A stretch of DNA of 64,000 nucleotides from Podarcis liolepis. Taxonomy: Eukaryota. Location of the stretch: NCBI GenBank assembly GCA_965112155.1, contig OZ218103.1; one strand, written 5' to 3'. Positions 1 through 11,600 of the stretch are shown in pieces. The notes beneath the pieces are model-generated. The model was not told where the DNA came from. It searched no databases and saw nothing but the letters and a program-made list of their open reading frames with translations. Numbering within the stretch: the first letter of the stretch is position 1; every line of letters starts with the position of its first letter. Made by a program: the position numbers and the translations under genes.

Positions 1-1422
1 TGTCCCTGGCTGGGGCAAGTCTTAGCCTTCCACGCATTTTAACACTATATTTTTAGCCAGAAGTGTGGCACAGTGCAACATGGCCATCCTGTCATAGAGT
101 CCCTAGATTATAGGTATAGAATCCAATGAGCCACAGAGAATGAACTCTGTCAAATTTTGAAAGTTGATTATTATATAATAACTGGTAGCTTAGTATTAAA
201 GGGCACTTCAAATGAGCATATAGCTGTCAATTTCAAAACAAGAAATTTTGAAGAAAAGCTTTGAAGAAAGCAACCAGATCAGATTCCTGCTCCAGGCTCT
301 CTGCATAGTTTTATTTGCTTGCATGAATGAATTGTTATATAATTTATGATGAAGCTGTGCTTGTGAAGTGTATCTGAACTGGAGCACTGACCTCCATAAG
401 CAAACTCTTTTCACTGAAGAAGAAACATGTATCAGTTACACACTTTGCATTAATTTCACACAGGTGGCATGCAAGATGCCAATTTATTTCCAGTTAAGCC
501 ATTTTCCAATTGTCATCATAGACCAGCCATTATACATTTTGCTGGCTCTCTCAATAATTGCATATCTGTTTAAATTTGTAATCAAATAAGTAGACTGATA
601 AACATTACCCCCCCCCAATTCAAATGTCAGGAGATTGAAGTGTTTATATTCTACCTCACTGTCATGAGGGAAGGGTGAGAGGCATCTGCTAATGCTGAAT
701 TAAAGGTGTGGGATTCATCCTGCAGAATATCTGAGCAAGAAAAGGCTCAATATTTTGAACCGAAATGTGAGAAGAACTTTTGGTTTTCTAAAATATTAAC
801 AGGAGATCTCAAGACGCCAGATTCTTCAGCAGGTACCAGTTTCTACATTTCTTTTTGCAGCAGTTCCATAATTAACTTATACATCTTAAAATGTACAATT
901 GTAGCCCATTTTTCAAACTTAGAAAAGGCACACAAAACTATTAAGGGAAACGTTTTTCAATTTTTTTGTATTTATTTAAGAAACACTGAGATAAAAACAG
1001 GGATGTAATGATTTACAATCTCTTAAAAATAAGATGAGATTCACAAACTGCTGAATTCCTTGGCGAGTACCAGATCCTATATATTTATAGCAATTCTATA
1101 TTTAATTCATACATGTTAAAGTGTATAATCATAACCCTTTTAAAAAACTCATGTGGAGTCACAAAATATTAATACAAGCAGATAAAAGCACAGGCATAAC
1201 ATTACTGTATTACAGACTCTTAAAAGTAACCTGACAGCAGCAGGGACTCAAAGTAGAACTTCATTACTTCTTGATATGTTCTAAATAGCTGTTGGAACAA
1301 TAGTAATAAAGGTCTTGCTTCTGAAATCCAGAAGAGATGGGAACAGATCAAAAGCAGCGCCTTACACCACAACACTCCTACCTATTTTTAACCCAAGGGG
1401 AAGTCATACCGTATTTGATATA

Positions 1423-1883
1423 CAGCGGTACCTTGGTTCTCACACTTAATCTGTTCTAGAAGTCCATTCCAAAACCAAAGTGTTCCAAAACCAAGGTGCA
1501 CTTTCCCATAGAAAGTAATGCAAAATGGATCAATCCGTTCCAGACTTTTAAAAACTACCCCCAAAACAGCAATTTAAACATGAATTTTACTATCCAACAA
1601 GACCATTGATCCATAAAATGAAAGCAATAATCAATGTACTGCTGTCACCCAATCAATCAATCAATCAATCAGTGGCTGAACTGGGTTCTACACAGTCACA
1701 AAAACAAAACAAAAAGAGCCGCAAAAACACAAAATAAATAGCAAAAACAGACTTCAACATAACACTCAAAACAGAGCATGTTTTGAAAAAAGTTCGCAAA
1801 CCGGAACACTTACTTCCGGGTTTGCAGTGTTTGGGTTCCAAGTTGTTTCCGTTGCAAGGCGTTTGAGAACCAAGGTACCACTG
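1423..1883. mobile_element. Tc1/mariner (pogo/Tigger-like) non-autonomous MITE
   Basis: TIRs CAGCGGTACCTTGGTTCTCA / TGAGAACCAAGGTACCACTG with TA on both sides; internal (CAAT)n. Confidence 0.9.
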
Positions 1884-2193
1884 TACAGTATCTGCCTTCC
1901 TAGAAAATCATTTCAGACATTTCCCCCTGCACCAGCATGTACTGCATTTCAGTTTAAAGTTTAAATGGATGTTTGGCACCACTTTCATCCTTTCGGAAAC
2001 TTCTAAGTTACTGCTTCCTCTTCAGTATTACCCACTATGACTTTTCATCATTGTCCTGAGAACGCTCAGGTGTTATCCATCAGGGAAATGCTGGTGGTCC
2101 CCTGAACCACAGTTTAAGAAGATAACCGATTACGCTGTCTCTGAAAGCATAACAAAGAGCTTGCCTAAGTGAAGAGCCACTGTTCAGTGGTAA

Positions 2194-2498
2194 AAGAAGA
2201 AGAAGAAGAGGAAGAAGAAGAAGAAGACGAAGAAGAAGAAGAAGAGGAGTAGTAGTAGTAGTTTGGATTTGATATTCCGCTTTATCACTACCTTAAGGAG
2301 TCTCAAAGTGGTTAACAATTTCCTTTCCCTTCCTCTCCCACAACAAACACTCTGTGAGGTGAGTGAGGCTGAGAGACTTCAGAGAAGTATGGCTAGCCCA
2401 AGGTCACCCAGCAGCTGCATGTGGAGGAGAGGGGAAGCGAACCCAGTTCACCAGATTATGAGTCTACCACTCTTAACCACTGCACCACACTGGCTCTC
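2194..2498 (-). mobile_element. Squam3-type tRNA-derived SINE with expanded (CTT)n/(CTA)n tail, nested in an older tRNA-SINE (about 2171-2600)
   Basis: Reverse complement begins GAGAGCCAGTGTGGTGCAGTGGTTAAGAG (A box) and matches the copy at 56633; (GAA)n run at 2194-2248. Confidence 0.88.
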
Positions 2499-3195
2499 AT
2501 GCTTTCCATGCAGCAGGTTCCTGATTCAGTCTCTAGCATCTTCAGGTTGAGAATACTGAGATACATGGTCTAATGGCCTGACATTATATGGCAGTTTGCT
2601 ATCCCTCTCATGCCTTTTCAAGAAAACTTCCAAGAAGCAGAGGCTGTTTACATAATGCTGGAGCTAAGCCTACCCTTCCTGTAGTTTTAACATTGCTCCG
2701 CTTTGAAAACTTAATGATGCTAGTCTGTGATATTGACACTTAGAAGAATCAACTTTGGACATTTTGAACTGATAGAGGCTTTGGAAAACCAATTAAGCTG
2801 GGAGCCTGTGGTGCCATTTTACGAAGTCCCATTTGAGAGAGCAAATGCACCTCAATGATCTTTATTATTTTGAATCATTCCATTGAGTTGACAATCACAA
2901 GGAAATGAATGTAAAGTGGCAACCTGAGCACTTAATGTTCTGTCGCTAGCCAGGTGTTTGCTTTCACAGTCCATTGGGATGAAAAGGAGAAGACGCTTTT
3001 GCCCGGAAGGCAATATTAGCAAATGTGGGATGGAAAGATGTCCCCCCTCCCAAAGGAAAGAGGAAAGCAGTGTATAAAAATGAACAGCTGTTTCAAAAGA
3101 ACAAGTTTTTCATCCAACAGTTCATTCTTTTGTTCCATCAAGGTTATGTTCCACCTTTTTGTCTGCAACTCATTGGCATTTCGTTTCGGCTACAT

Positions 3196-3297
3196 TGTTG
3201 TTGTTGGTTAGTCGTTTAGTTGTGTCCAACTCTTCATGACCCCATGGACCAGAGCACGCCAGGCACTCCTGTCTTCCACTGCCTCCCGCAGCTTGGT
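3196..3297 (-). mobile_element. Bov-B (RTE) LINE 3' end fragment
   Basis: Reverse complement matches the 3' end of the Bov-B copy at 38600-39073 and carries a (CAA)n tail. Confidence 0.85.
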
Positions 3298-4159
3298 TAA
3301 TAAGTAGGAACAGCTGGTTTGCTTGCCTCTCTTCTTCCTCATGGTACAGAATACAGTTCATGCTATCACTTGAATTCACCTTCTAGTCATGTCACCAATG
3401 TAAGTGTTTCCTAAGAGTCAAGGCCTTTTGCCTCCCTTGAAGTTAGCTTTGGCTTCCCTAGTCATGGAGCTGCCATCCCTTCTTGACCTCACATGACATT
3501 AAAAGCAAATCCTGCCTCTGAATCGATTCAGCCTTCTGCATCATAAACTGCTACCTAGTACATGGAGAGTTTCCTGCTCCAGTAGCCTTTATGGTGTTCT
3601 CTCGTGGTGGTGCCTTGTTCTGGGGTTTTAAAGGGGCTTTGTGTCCCCTATTGCTCATTACCACTTCAAGGAACAGCTCTTACAAGCCCACGTATTAAAC
3701 AAATAAAAGACATTGAGGGAACTTAAAGCCATTTGCAGCTGCTTGCAAATTTACAGTTCCAACATTAAGCTTTAGTTAAATGCGCTTTTTAAATATATAA
3801 AGCAAAGCTTTATTCTCTTTTTTGTTTTTGGGATTCACCTACCCGTGACAGTGGAAAGTGGGGTTATCAAAATATACTGGCTAAAAGAGAGCATTTCACA
3901 ATTGAAAGTTTATTGGCCACATCTTGATCACAATTCCAAGTGTCTTGGTATTTATTTCAAATTGTCATGGAGGGAGTGTGCTTTAAAATACCCCCTTCCT
4001 CTTCACTAAGGGGAACTCTGTGGAGGCTGAAAGCTTTGTTTTGATTAAGAAGAAATTCCTTGAAAAGAGGCTAATTGTTAAAGAATATAGTGTTGGGGGG
4101 CAATGAATCCTGAAGGGAAAGGTTTTCAAAGCCACAGAAGGCAGAAAGAAGATAAGAAG

Positions 4160-4450
4160 AGTTCTGTTGGAACACAACAAAGAGCGCCCTCTTTTCCACA
4201 ATGGCCAACCTAGTGCCCCTGGGAAGCTCAGAAACAGGACAGGAGGGCAATTGCCATTTCCAGCAATTGTCCCCCAACAACTGGTATTCATAGGCACTGG
4301 AATTCCTGGAGGCAGCATGTACCACCATGACCAGAAGCCATTGATTGTTTTATCTTCCATGAATTTGTCTATACTCTTTCTAAATTGCTGTCCATCACCA
4401 CAACTTGTGAATTCCATAGTTTAACTATGCACTGTATGAAGAATCCTTTA
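4160..4450 (-). mobile_element. CR1 LINE 3' fragment
   Basis: Minus-strand translation FRKSIDKFMEDKTING is typical of the CR1 ORF2 C-terminus; CR1-like 3' UTR. Confidence 0.75.
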
Positions 4451-4542
4451 TTCTGCTGCCTTTGGTAGATTCTATATCATCTCCATTCCATTGTGGTCTG
4501 GGGAACCAGTGTTGGATTTGGATCCAGGAGAGTCCTATTTAA

Positions 4543-4802
4543 CAGGGCCGGCCCTACTAGGAGGCAGAATGAGGCAGCTGCCTCAGGCGACAAAGATTTA
4601 AGGGCAGCAAATGGAGAGAGCTCTGAGTGTGCTAGGCAACCTGTCCTGCACTCCTTAAACTAAGCCACTGCCCTTGGGGTGCAGTGGAGGATGCGTAAAT
4701 AAGATTCAGTGGTCTGTTGAGCTTTCATACAGGGAACAGGACTGGGAGGAGGCAACTTCTCTCCCTTTGCTTCAGGCAGCAAAATGCCTTGGGCTGGCCC
4801 TG
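4543..4802. mobile_element. hAT-type MITE
   Basis: TIR CAGGGCCGGCCC / GGGCTGGCCCTG; degenerate 8-bp TSD CTATTTAA/CTATTCAC; related degraded copy at about 60577-60822. Confidence 0.7.
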
Positions 4803-4862
4803 CTATTCACAGTTACTTCAGAAAAAGTCTCATTGAGCTCCGGGGGACTTACTTCTGAGTAA

Positions 4863-5060
4863 GAGCTAGTATGATGTAATGATTAGAGTGCTGGTTTAGG
4901 ACCAGGGATCAAATCCCCATTTAAGCATGATGCTCACCGTGTGAGCATAGGCTGACCGCTGTTTCTTATCCACAGGGTTTTTAGGATAAAATGGAGAGAG
5001 GAGCACCATGTACAACATCTTGAACTCCTCAAAGGAAAGGTGGGATAGAAATGTAACAAA
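4863..5060 (+). mobile_element. Old CORE/Squam3-like SINE
   Basis: Degraded tRNA head and L2-like tail; similar copy at about 23875-24070. Confidence 0.55.
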
Positions 5061-6353
5061 CGAACAGTTAAAAGAACAGTATGACAATTAGATCAAGAGG
5101 TTTAAGTTAAGGGGGATGCTCGTCTAAACAGGCATGTCTTCAATAACCAGCAGAATGTAAGTATCAATGAAGCCAACTGCATTTCAGTCGGCAGTGCATT
5201 CTCCAAAACTGGAGCCACAAGTGAAAAAGACAGTCTCCATGTTATCACAAGATGATAATCATCAAGCTGTGGCAAAACTAATCAGGCTCCATTTGCTGAT
5301 GTTAACTTCCTCCTCAGTCCATCACACCACTCTGTAGGAGACTGGAAGATACTTTGGGACAAAGAACTAGGGGGTGTGCTTGCTCTTTTTGTACCACACT
5401 CTTGAACCTTCAGCTCTTCTGAATTCTTTGGCCATCTACTCATCTGACCTCAGTATCCTGCTGTTCCCTACACTACCAGGATACTGGGACACAGCACTCT
5501 GCATATTCCATCCCATCTTTCGTCTACATTCTGCAGTATGAGTCCCCACAGGGCAGTGGTGTCACAGCAGGGTTTGTTATTGACACCACACATTGCTATC
5601 CCCTATGCATGTATTGACGAAGAAGCCTTGTTCATTTCCATCCTGCCTTGTCCTGCTTTCCTTGCATTTGCATACAAACACCTCCGAAACTTCTCAGGTG
5701 ACCTACTTTCCACACAGTTATCCCCCATCCAGCTTTGTTTACCAAACTTCCTTCTCTTAACAGTTTCCCCACTCCTCAGGGCTTTGTTCTTTTTTTTTTT
5801 TTTTTTGGAAAATACATATATCAGTACATTATTTTTTATCTGCCCACCCATATGTTTATTTTATGCACCATTTCCTTTCTCTCTTAGAGGTTCTATAAAA
5901 GCTGGCCTTTATATATCTGCCCAGTAAACGTAGTCATTTTTTTTAAAGAGAATTTTTGCAGTCCCTGTGGATTCTTTAAAAAACCTTCACCTAGTTCAAC
6001 ATCCAATGCAACAAGGGTAGTCAATGTAGTGCCCTCCAGATGTTACTGGCTGAGAATTCCCATCAACCCTCCCACCTGTGCCCTCTGGCTTGGGTATTCA
6101 TAGCAGCAGCAGCAAAAACTGATTCTGATGTCCCCATCGTAAATCCACTTACCTTAAACAGTCAGCAGCATTGCAGCCTGATCTTGTCAGCTTTCTACAC
6201 TTTGGAGTGACAGCTGATCCAGGGTTATTTGGTGTACCTTTATGGACAATTGACTTGGTAATGTACCTGTTATTGTATCAAAATCCGTTACAGAATGTGC
6301 AGGTTTGTCATTTCAATCACTGTATTTTATTGTAATGGATTTTATTTTATATT

Positions 6354-6418
6354 ATTACCAGCTGATGAAGAACATTTATTGAAACAGTCTATTATCCCGG
6401 AAAGATTGTTCTGTTACT
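6354..6418 (+). ncRNA. Degenerate type I hammerhead ribozyme motif, probably a Penelope-like element remnant
   Basis: CUGAUGA 6362-6368; GAAA 6381-6384; 7-bp stem III (6384-6390/6403-6409); NUH = GUU; stem I CUG/CAG directly adjacent; weak stem II. Confidence 0.55.
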
Positions 6419-9400
6419 GTGTTGGAGCACCTACCGTCATTCTTCGGTGTTGCCAAGCTTATAGCACCATCTCGCTCCAGCTCACTCTCGGCAAAATTCT
6501 GTATAGGATATTAACTTTGGAAGGCGTTTAGCCTCAAAATTCTAATCTGATCATTTCCTTTCTTGGAATATCTACTTGACTCTTATTAGTTTGTGACTCC
6601 ATGTACACATTGTATGTTTTCTGATTGTGAATTTAGAAACAGTTTGATAGTGTTATATAAATATTGTTAGTATATTATTAGCCTATGTGTTGCTTTATGT
6701 TTATCAGCCTGTCAGTGAACTGGCAGTCGGCCGGGGGGTGGGGGGGTGGTCGGTCTGGGTCTGCCTGCAGATTGGCCAATGGCTGGCAGGTCTGGGTTCA
6801 GGGATTCCCCAGGGGGTGGGGCCAGCTGGCCAAGGGGTGTTGCTTGGGTCCACCCCCTGGAAATAAATTGAGGCTGACCCAGCATTCCATTCTGAATGTG
6901 CTTAAAGGTATGGTGTGTACAAAGCCTAAACTGTTACATGAACAGGCCTCCATTTTGTGATGGGTGGCAACCTTTGTGACTGGCAAACTGGGCACATATG
7001 CATTTGTCAGATGTGGAAAACTAAATGGATGATTGGTGCATTTCCTAATACAGAAATCACAGTGTGAAATATGAGCCCAACGTGAATGCATGAACACCAC
7101 AGGAATGCTTTGCCGTAACTGAAGCCACTTGGTGGAGATTTGCGTGATGAATGGGATGGAGCAGAGTTCACCACAGGAAAGGGATTTTCGTTCTCCTCTA
7201 TCATGCAGTCCTTTTCAAAGGCAGTACACAAGGCCACCCCAGAAGAAAGACTGCTATAATTGAGGTGTTTTTCCCTGCTCTGAAAAAAGAAGAAAAATAC
7301 CCAGAAATGTAGTCAATGCACACAAAAATAGATCAAGTGAACACGCCAGGAACTGTCCAACATGGAAATCTCCTATGGAGTCCATCCCAGCGCAATAATG
7401 ATTATCTAAGAATTTAGCCAAGTATACTTAGTTTTAGAAGAATAGCTGAAGTCACCCTTATTGAATATAATTTCGTTTTAACATATTGCTCTGTGCTTGA
7501 GTTATTATCTCCACTGTGCTTGGAGAAATAAATTACATTGAAGCCTTTATTTTTGACCTGTGACATCAATACACGCCATGGACCGATTCCAAAATCTTAT
7601 CAGCTTTGGCATGGGTATTAAATTATAGTAGTGAACAAACCTTTTTAGAAATGAAAAATGCTTTTGGAGCTTTGACCTTTTACATTTCAATTCACCAAGC
7701 GCCTAGTGCAAATGGGAAATGCTGATCAAATCCAGTTACTTTAATTTGCCATGGTGTCCTTTCCACATAACAAAGAACAAATTGTATCTCCATGCCTACA
7801 AGCAATTGGGATCACCACAGCATATTTTGCTGGAAACCATAAGGGATCCTTTACTAGCAAAGATATCCTTGCAACCTACAAAGAAATAATGTGTACAATC
7901 TAAACAACCTCACACGTAAATAATCAGATATATGTTGACACGACTTTTAAATCTTTTTAGCCTACTGCTGATATTAATGACCATTTGAATGTTTTTAAAT
8001 ACCCCCTTTAACTGTCTTTTCTTGATAATTTAAAGATGTCTTTTTTGGGAGGGGGTTAGATGTCTTATGAGGCTTTATTAAAATCCAGAAACATATACAT
8101 TTCATTAAACAAACAAACAAATTGCAAAGAAGCTTGTACTTTCTTAACATCAAACACTCGGCAGATTTCTCTGATAAGATCAAGTTACCAAACCAGCTAG
8201 TTTAAGGATTTAAGCCACAAAAACAAAGCAGTATACTCCTACATATAGTAACCAGAGAGTAAGTCAAAACTCACTGAGACATACTTCTAGATAAATCCGT
8301 TTGAAGGTCCTCCTGTTATACTGGATCCATTCAACTGTGCTCTTCATATGAGACAGTCCAATGAGTTGAATTTTCCCACTATGTTTAGGACTTTATTCCT
8401 AACCACACCGCTTACTTCTGTTTAAGAATCTTTAGCACATATCTCCCAGCGATAGAGTTTTCAGTTATATGCATATAGCAGCAAATAATAGCCATTGCTA
8501 TAGAAATAGGTAATCAACCCATCTTCTGAATACAGTTTAACCTTCAGTTCTAAGGACTTTCTTGGGGAGCATACCCCCATAAGTTCAGTGGGATCTACGT
8601 CTGTGTAAACATGCTAAGGATCACAGTGTACATCATAAAAGTTTAAGATTGTACCTTGCAAGTATTCTTCTTTCTTGGATTCATAGTAACTATGTATGGT
8701 TGTAAACCCAGTTTTGAGGTTTGCCCTCGACTTGTCTTTAAAAGGCTGCATTTTTGTTTCTGCTTTATTGCTCCATTTAAAAAAAAATGAATTGGTGAAA
8801 GTTAGAGTGAGGTTGGTTTTCCTCACTGAAGTCAAAGTTGGCTTCTAAATTCTCCACACCACTGTCTCCCGACTTAGCCAAAATAGCTACCGTATATAAG
8901 ACCTCCATGATCAACGGTAGCATACCTCTGAATATTAGCTGCTGCTGATGTACAACAGAGGGAGGCTGTTGCATTCATATTCTGCTTGTAAGATTCCCCC
9001 AGGCATCTAGCTGACTTTGAGGGAAGCAGAACAGTAGATTAGATGGATCCTGGAATCCCAACTGGACTCTTCTTGCGTTCCACACCTTCAAAAAGTCATA
9101 AGCCTTCCTCAAAATTGCATGTCCTTTGATGTGCAGTGCCCTTTTGCACCACATAAGGGGAATTATGTGTTATCTATAGTATATTAGTTGGAAGGAAACT
9201 AATAAATCAGAGTAATGATGGCACTGGCAGTGGAGGGTGGTGTGAGACATAACGAAATGTATAGGCTGGGAAATAAAACCAGTGCTAGCAATAATACTTC
9301 AGCATATAATTTCATCCTTCTCATCCAACACTGACAGAACTTTACTCTCCTGTGTGCATAGAGGTAGGACAAAAAATTATGTTTGGCTCCACATGCCAGA

Positions 9401-9793
9401 CAGCATGGCAGACATAACGGTTTCTGCTAGATCTATAATTCTTTGCGCAATCATCCTGTTATGTAATCTTAAATGCAGGAATTTGTTGTTGTTGCTTCAG
9501 CCACTCAAACTCCCATGACTCAGCTGATCCTTAGTTTTAAATTATACAGAACACCTCAGGATTTTGATTAATTAGGATATCTGAGAGGGGAAAATTGATT
9601 TCTTGAGACTCTGAACCAGAGAGCATTCTAATTTTTCATAACCATAATTTACTGACTAGACAAATTTTAGCAAAGGTAGCTAAAATATAAGAAAGGGGAA
9701 GACTGTGTAACAGAAGCAGAGTTATAAGCTGCACTTGATGTTTGATCCATTGATTAAATATCCACAATTATTACTATGAAACATAGATAAGAT

Positions 9794-9916
9794 AAGGCAT
9801 AGGCAAACTCGGCCCTCTAGATGTTTGGGGACTACAACTCCCATCATCCCTGACCACTGGTCCTGTTAGTTAGGGATGATGGGAGTTGTCTGGAGGGCCG
9901 AGTTTGCCTATGCCTG
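9794..9916. mobile_element. hAT-type MITE
   Basis: TIR AGGCATAGGCAAACTCGGCCCTC; 8-bp TSD GATAAGAT/GATAGGAT. Confidence 0.9.
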
Positions 9917-10010
9917 GATAGGATTATGAATAGTAGAAAGGGCAAGGCTAGCTTCCAAATGACATTTTTCCTGCATAGAAAACACCACCATGTTGTCCTG
10001 AAGCAGAGAG

Positions 10011-10358
10011 TCCCATAATTTTGAAGCAACTGTGGAAAATGTTCTACTCCACATTTCTACTGAGCTCATTTGCTGAGTAGTGTCTTGAGATTTTCATTCA
10101 GCACAAGCAAAGGCATTCTTTATTTATTCAGAAAAGCTCTGTCTCACTTTGTATTCAAAAGAATCTCAAAACGATGTACAGAAAATGGAAACAAAATGCA
10201 GCAGTTTCAGAACATTATACAAAGTGAAGATCATACCAAATAGACAGAATGTACACAATAAAGTAAAAGATGTGCATATGCATAGAATCCCATAATTTTG
10301 AAGTGATTGCAAAAGAAAGTTCTACTCCACACTTCTATTGATCGCATCTGCTAAGTAG
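10011..10358. repeat. Old direct repeat of about 70 bp (10011-10080 / 10288-10358) around an L2-like 3' tail
   Basis: TCCCATAATTTTGAAG...TTCTACTCCACA...TGCT(G/A)AGTAG present twice, about 80% identical by eye. Confidence 0.8.
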
Positions 10359-10453
10359 AGTAAAAATAGATACCTTCCCACCCTGATACACAGTCTGGGT
10401 TTGTGCATAAGGCACATGCATTATGACTGTGCAAATGAACTCAACTGCTAGTT

Positions 10454-10804
10454 AAAGGTAAAGGAACCCCTGACCATTAGGTCCAGTCGTGGCCGACTCT
10501 GGGGTTGCGGCGCTCATCTCACTTTATTGGCCGAGGGAGCCGGCGTACAGCTTCTGGGTTATGTGGCCAGCATGACTAAGCCACTTCTGGCGAACCAGAG
10601 CAGCACACGGAAACGCCGTTTACCTTCCCGCTGGAGCGGTACCTATTTATCTACTTGCACTTTGACGTGCTTTCAAACTGCTAGGTTGGCAGGAGCAGGG
10701 ACTGAGCAACAGGAGCTCACCCCGTCATGGGGATTCGAACCGCCAACCTTCTGATCGGCAAGTCCTAGGCTCTGTGGTTTAACCCACAGCGCCACCCGCA
10801 TCCC
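10454..10804 (-). mobile_element. Sauria SINE, full length
   Basis: tRNA head, diagnostic TGCAAGTAGATAAATAGGTACC core, (ACCTTT)n tail, TSD CTGCTAGTT. Confidence 0.95.
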
Positions 10805-11389
10805 TATCTGCTAGTTTCCCTGGGCATAAAAAGGAGCATATTTGGGCAGGAAATGGTTAAAAATGTGGAAAGCTGCTCTGCTGATCAAACTATCAAAAAT
10901 ATAGTGCATGTGGAGAAATCTAATATATGTTAATTGAATGCCGATTGACTAAGCTTATTCATTGAGGTTTCACATCTAGGTCATAAGCAATGAATCTATT
11001 ACATCCTTGTTAAATCTCATTAAATAATTGCCAAGTGGTATTTAACATGCAATATGTATCCAATGAAATGCTTCCACACCTTTGTTAGAACATCTCGGAC
11101 TCTCCTGTTGATTCATTTAGGAAATGAAGTTATCATCAAAGAAAAATCGAAGCCTGAGTTTTCTTGTAGGACTTAAATATAGATGGGTACTGTTCTGCTA
11201 CAATTAAATGCCTGTTGAGTTAAACGGCACAATTCGTCAAGTTATCTGCCTGGAGGAGGTTTTGCACTTTGAAGGGGCAACGAGGTTGTGCCACTCTCCA
11301 TTTTCCTGACATCGTGTGACTTCTCACTCCCCAATGTCCATGCATTTGAGAGTGGATGTCTGCGTTAGGGAAACTTCATTTGTATAGCA

Positions 11390-11600
11390 TAGGGTTGCCA
11401 TATTCCCAACAGTGAAAATCAGGACAAAGTTGGTGGTCTGTGTTTTTTTGGGTCAAAGTTGTTGAGCTCCCCCCCCCCCCCGCCAAGTTGTAGAGCTTTT
11501 GGGTGGAATGTCTCCCCCAAAATATTAAGTTTGGGGCTTTTTGTATTTTTTTTGGATTACCCCCCCTCCCACCTGGACGCCATTCTGCTGCCCAAATCCT
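11390..11600. mobile_element. hAT-type element, one end only
   Basis: TAGGGTTGCCA terminus followed by subterminal repeats; no matching second TIR found. Confidence 0.55.

Noticed and set aside
5436-5549. Minus-strand peptide GTH...RKMGWNMQ...YPGSVGNSRILRS resembling Harbinger/HARBI1 transposase motifs
   Set aside because: Motif spacing is far too short, the HD is absent, a stop follows, and part of the match coincides with a 10-bp inverted repeat (5451-5460 / 5477-5486); probably coincidence.
6436-6499. Minus-strand AG...GTAGGT exon-like segment (NFAESELERDGAISLATPKND)
   Set aside because: Weak polypyrimidine tract, unrecognised peptide, and it lies within the probable Penelope remnant.
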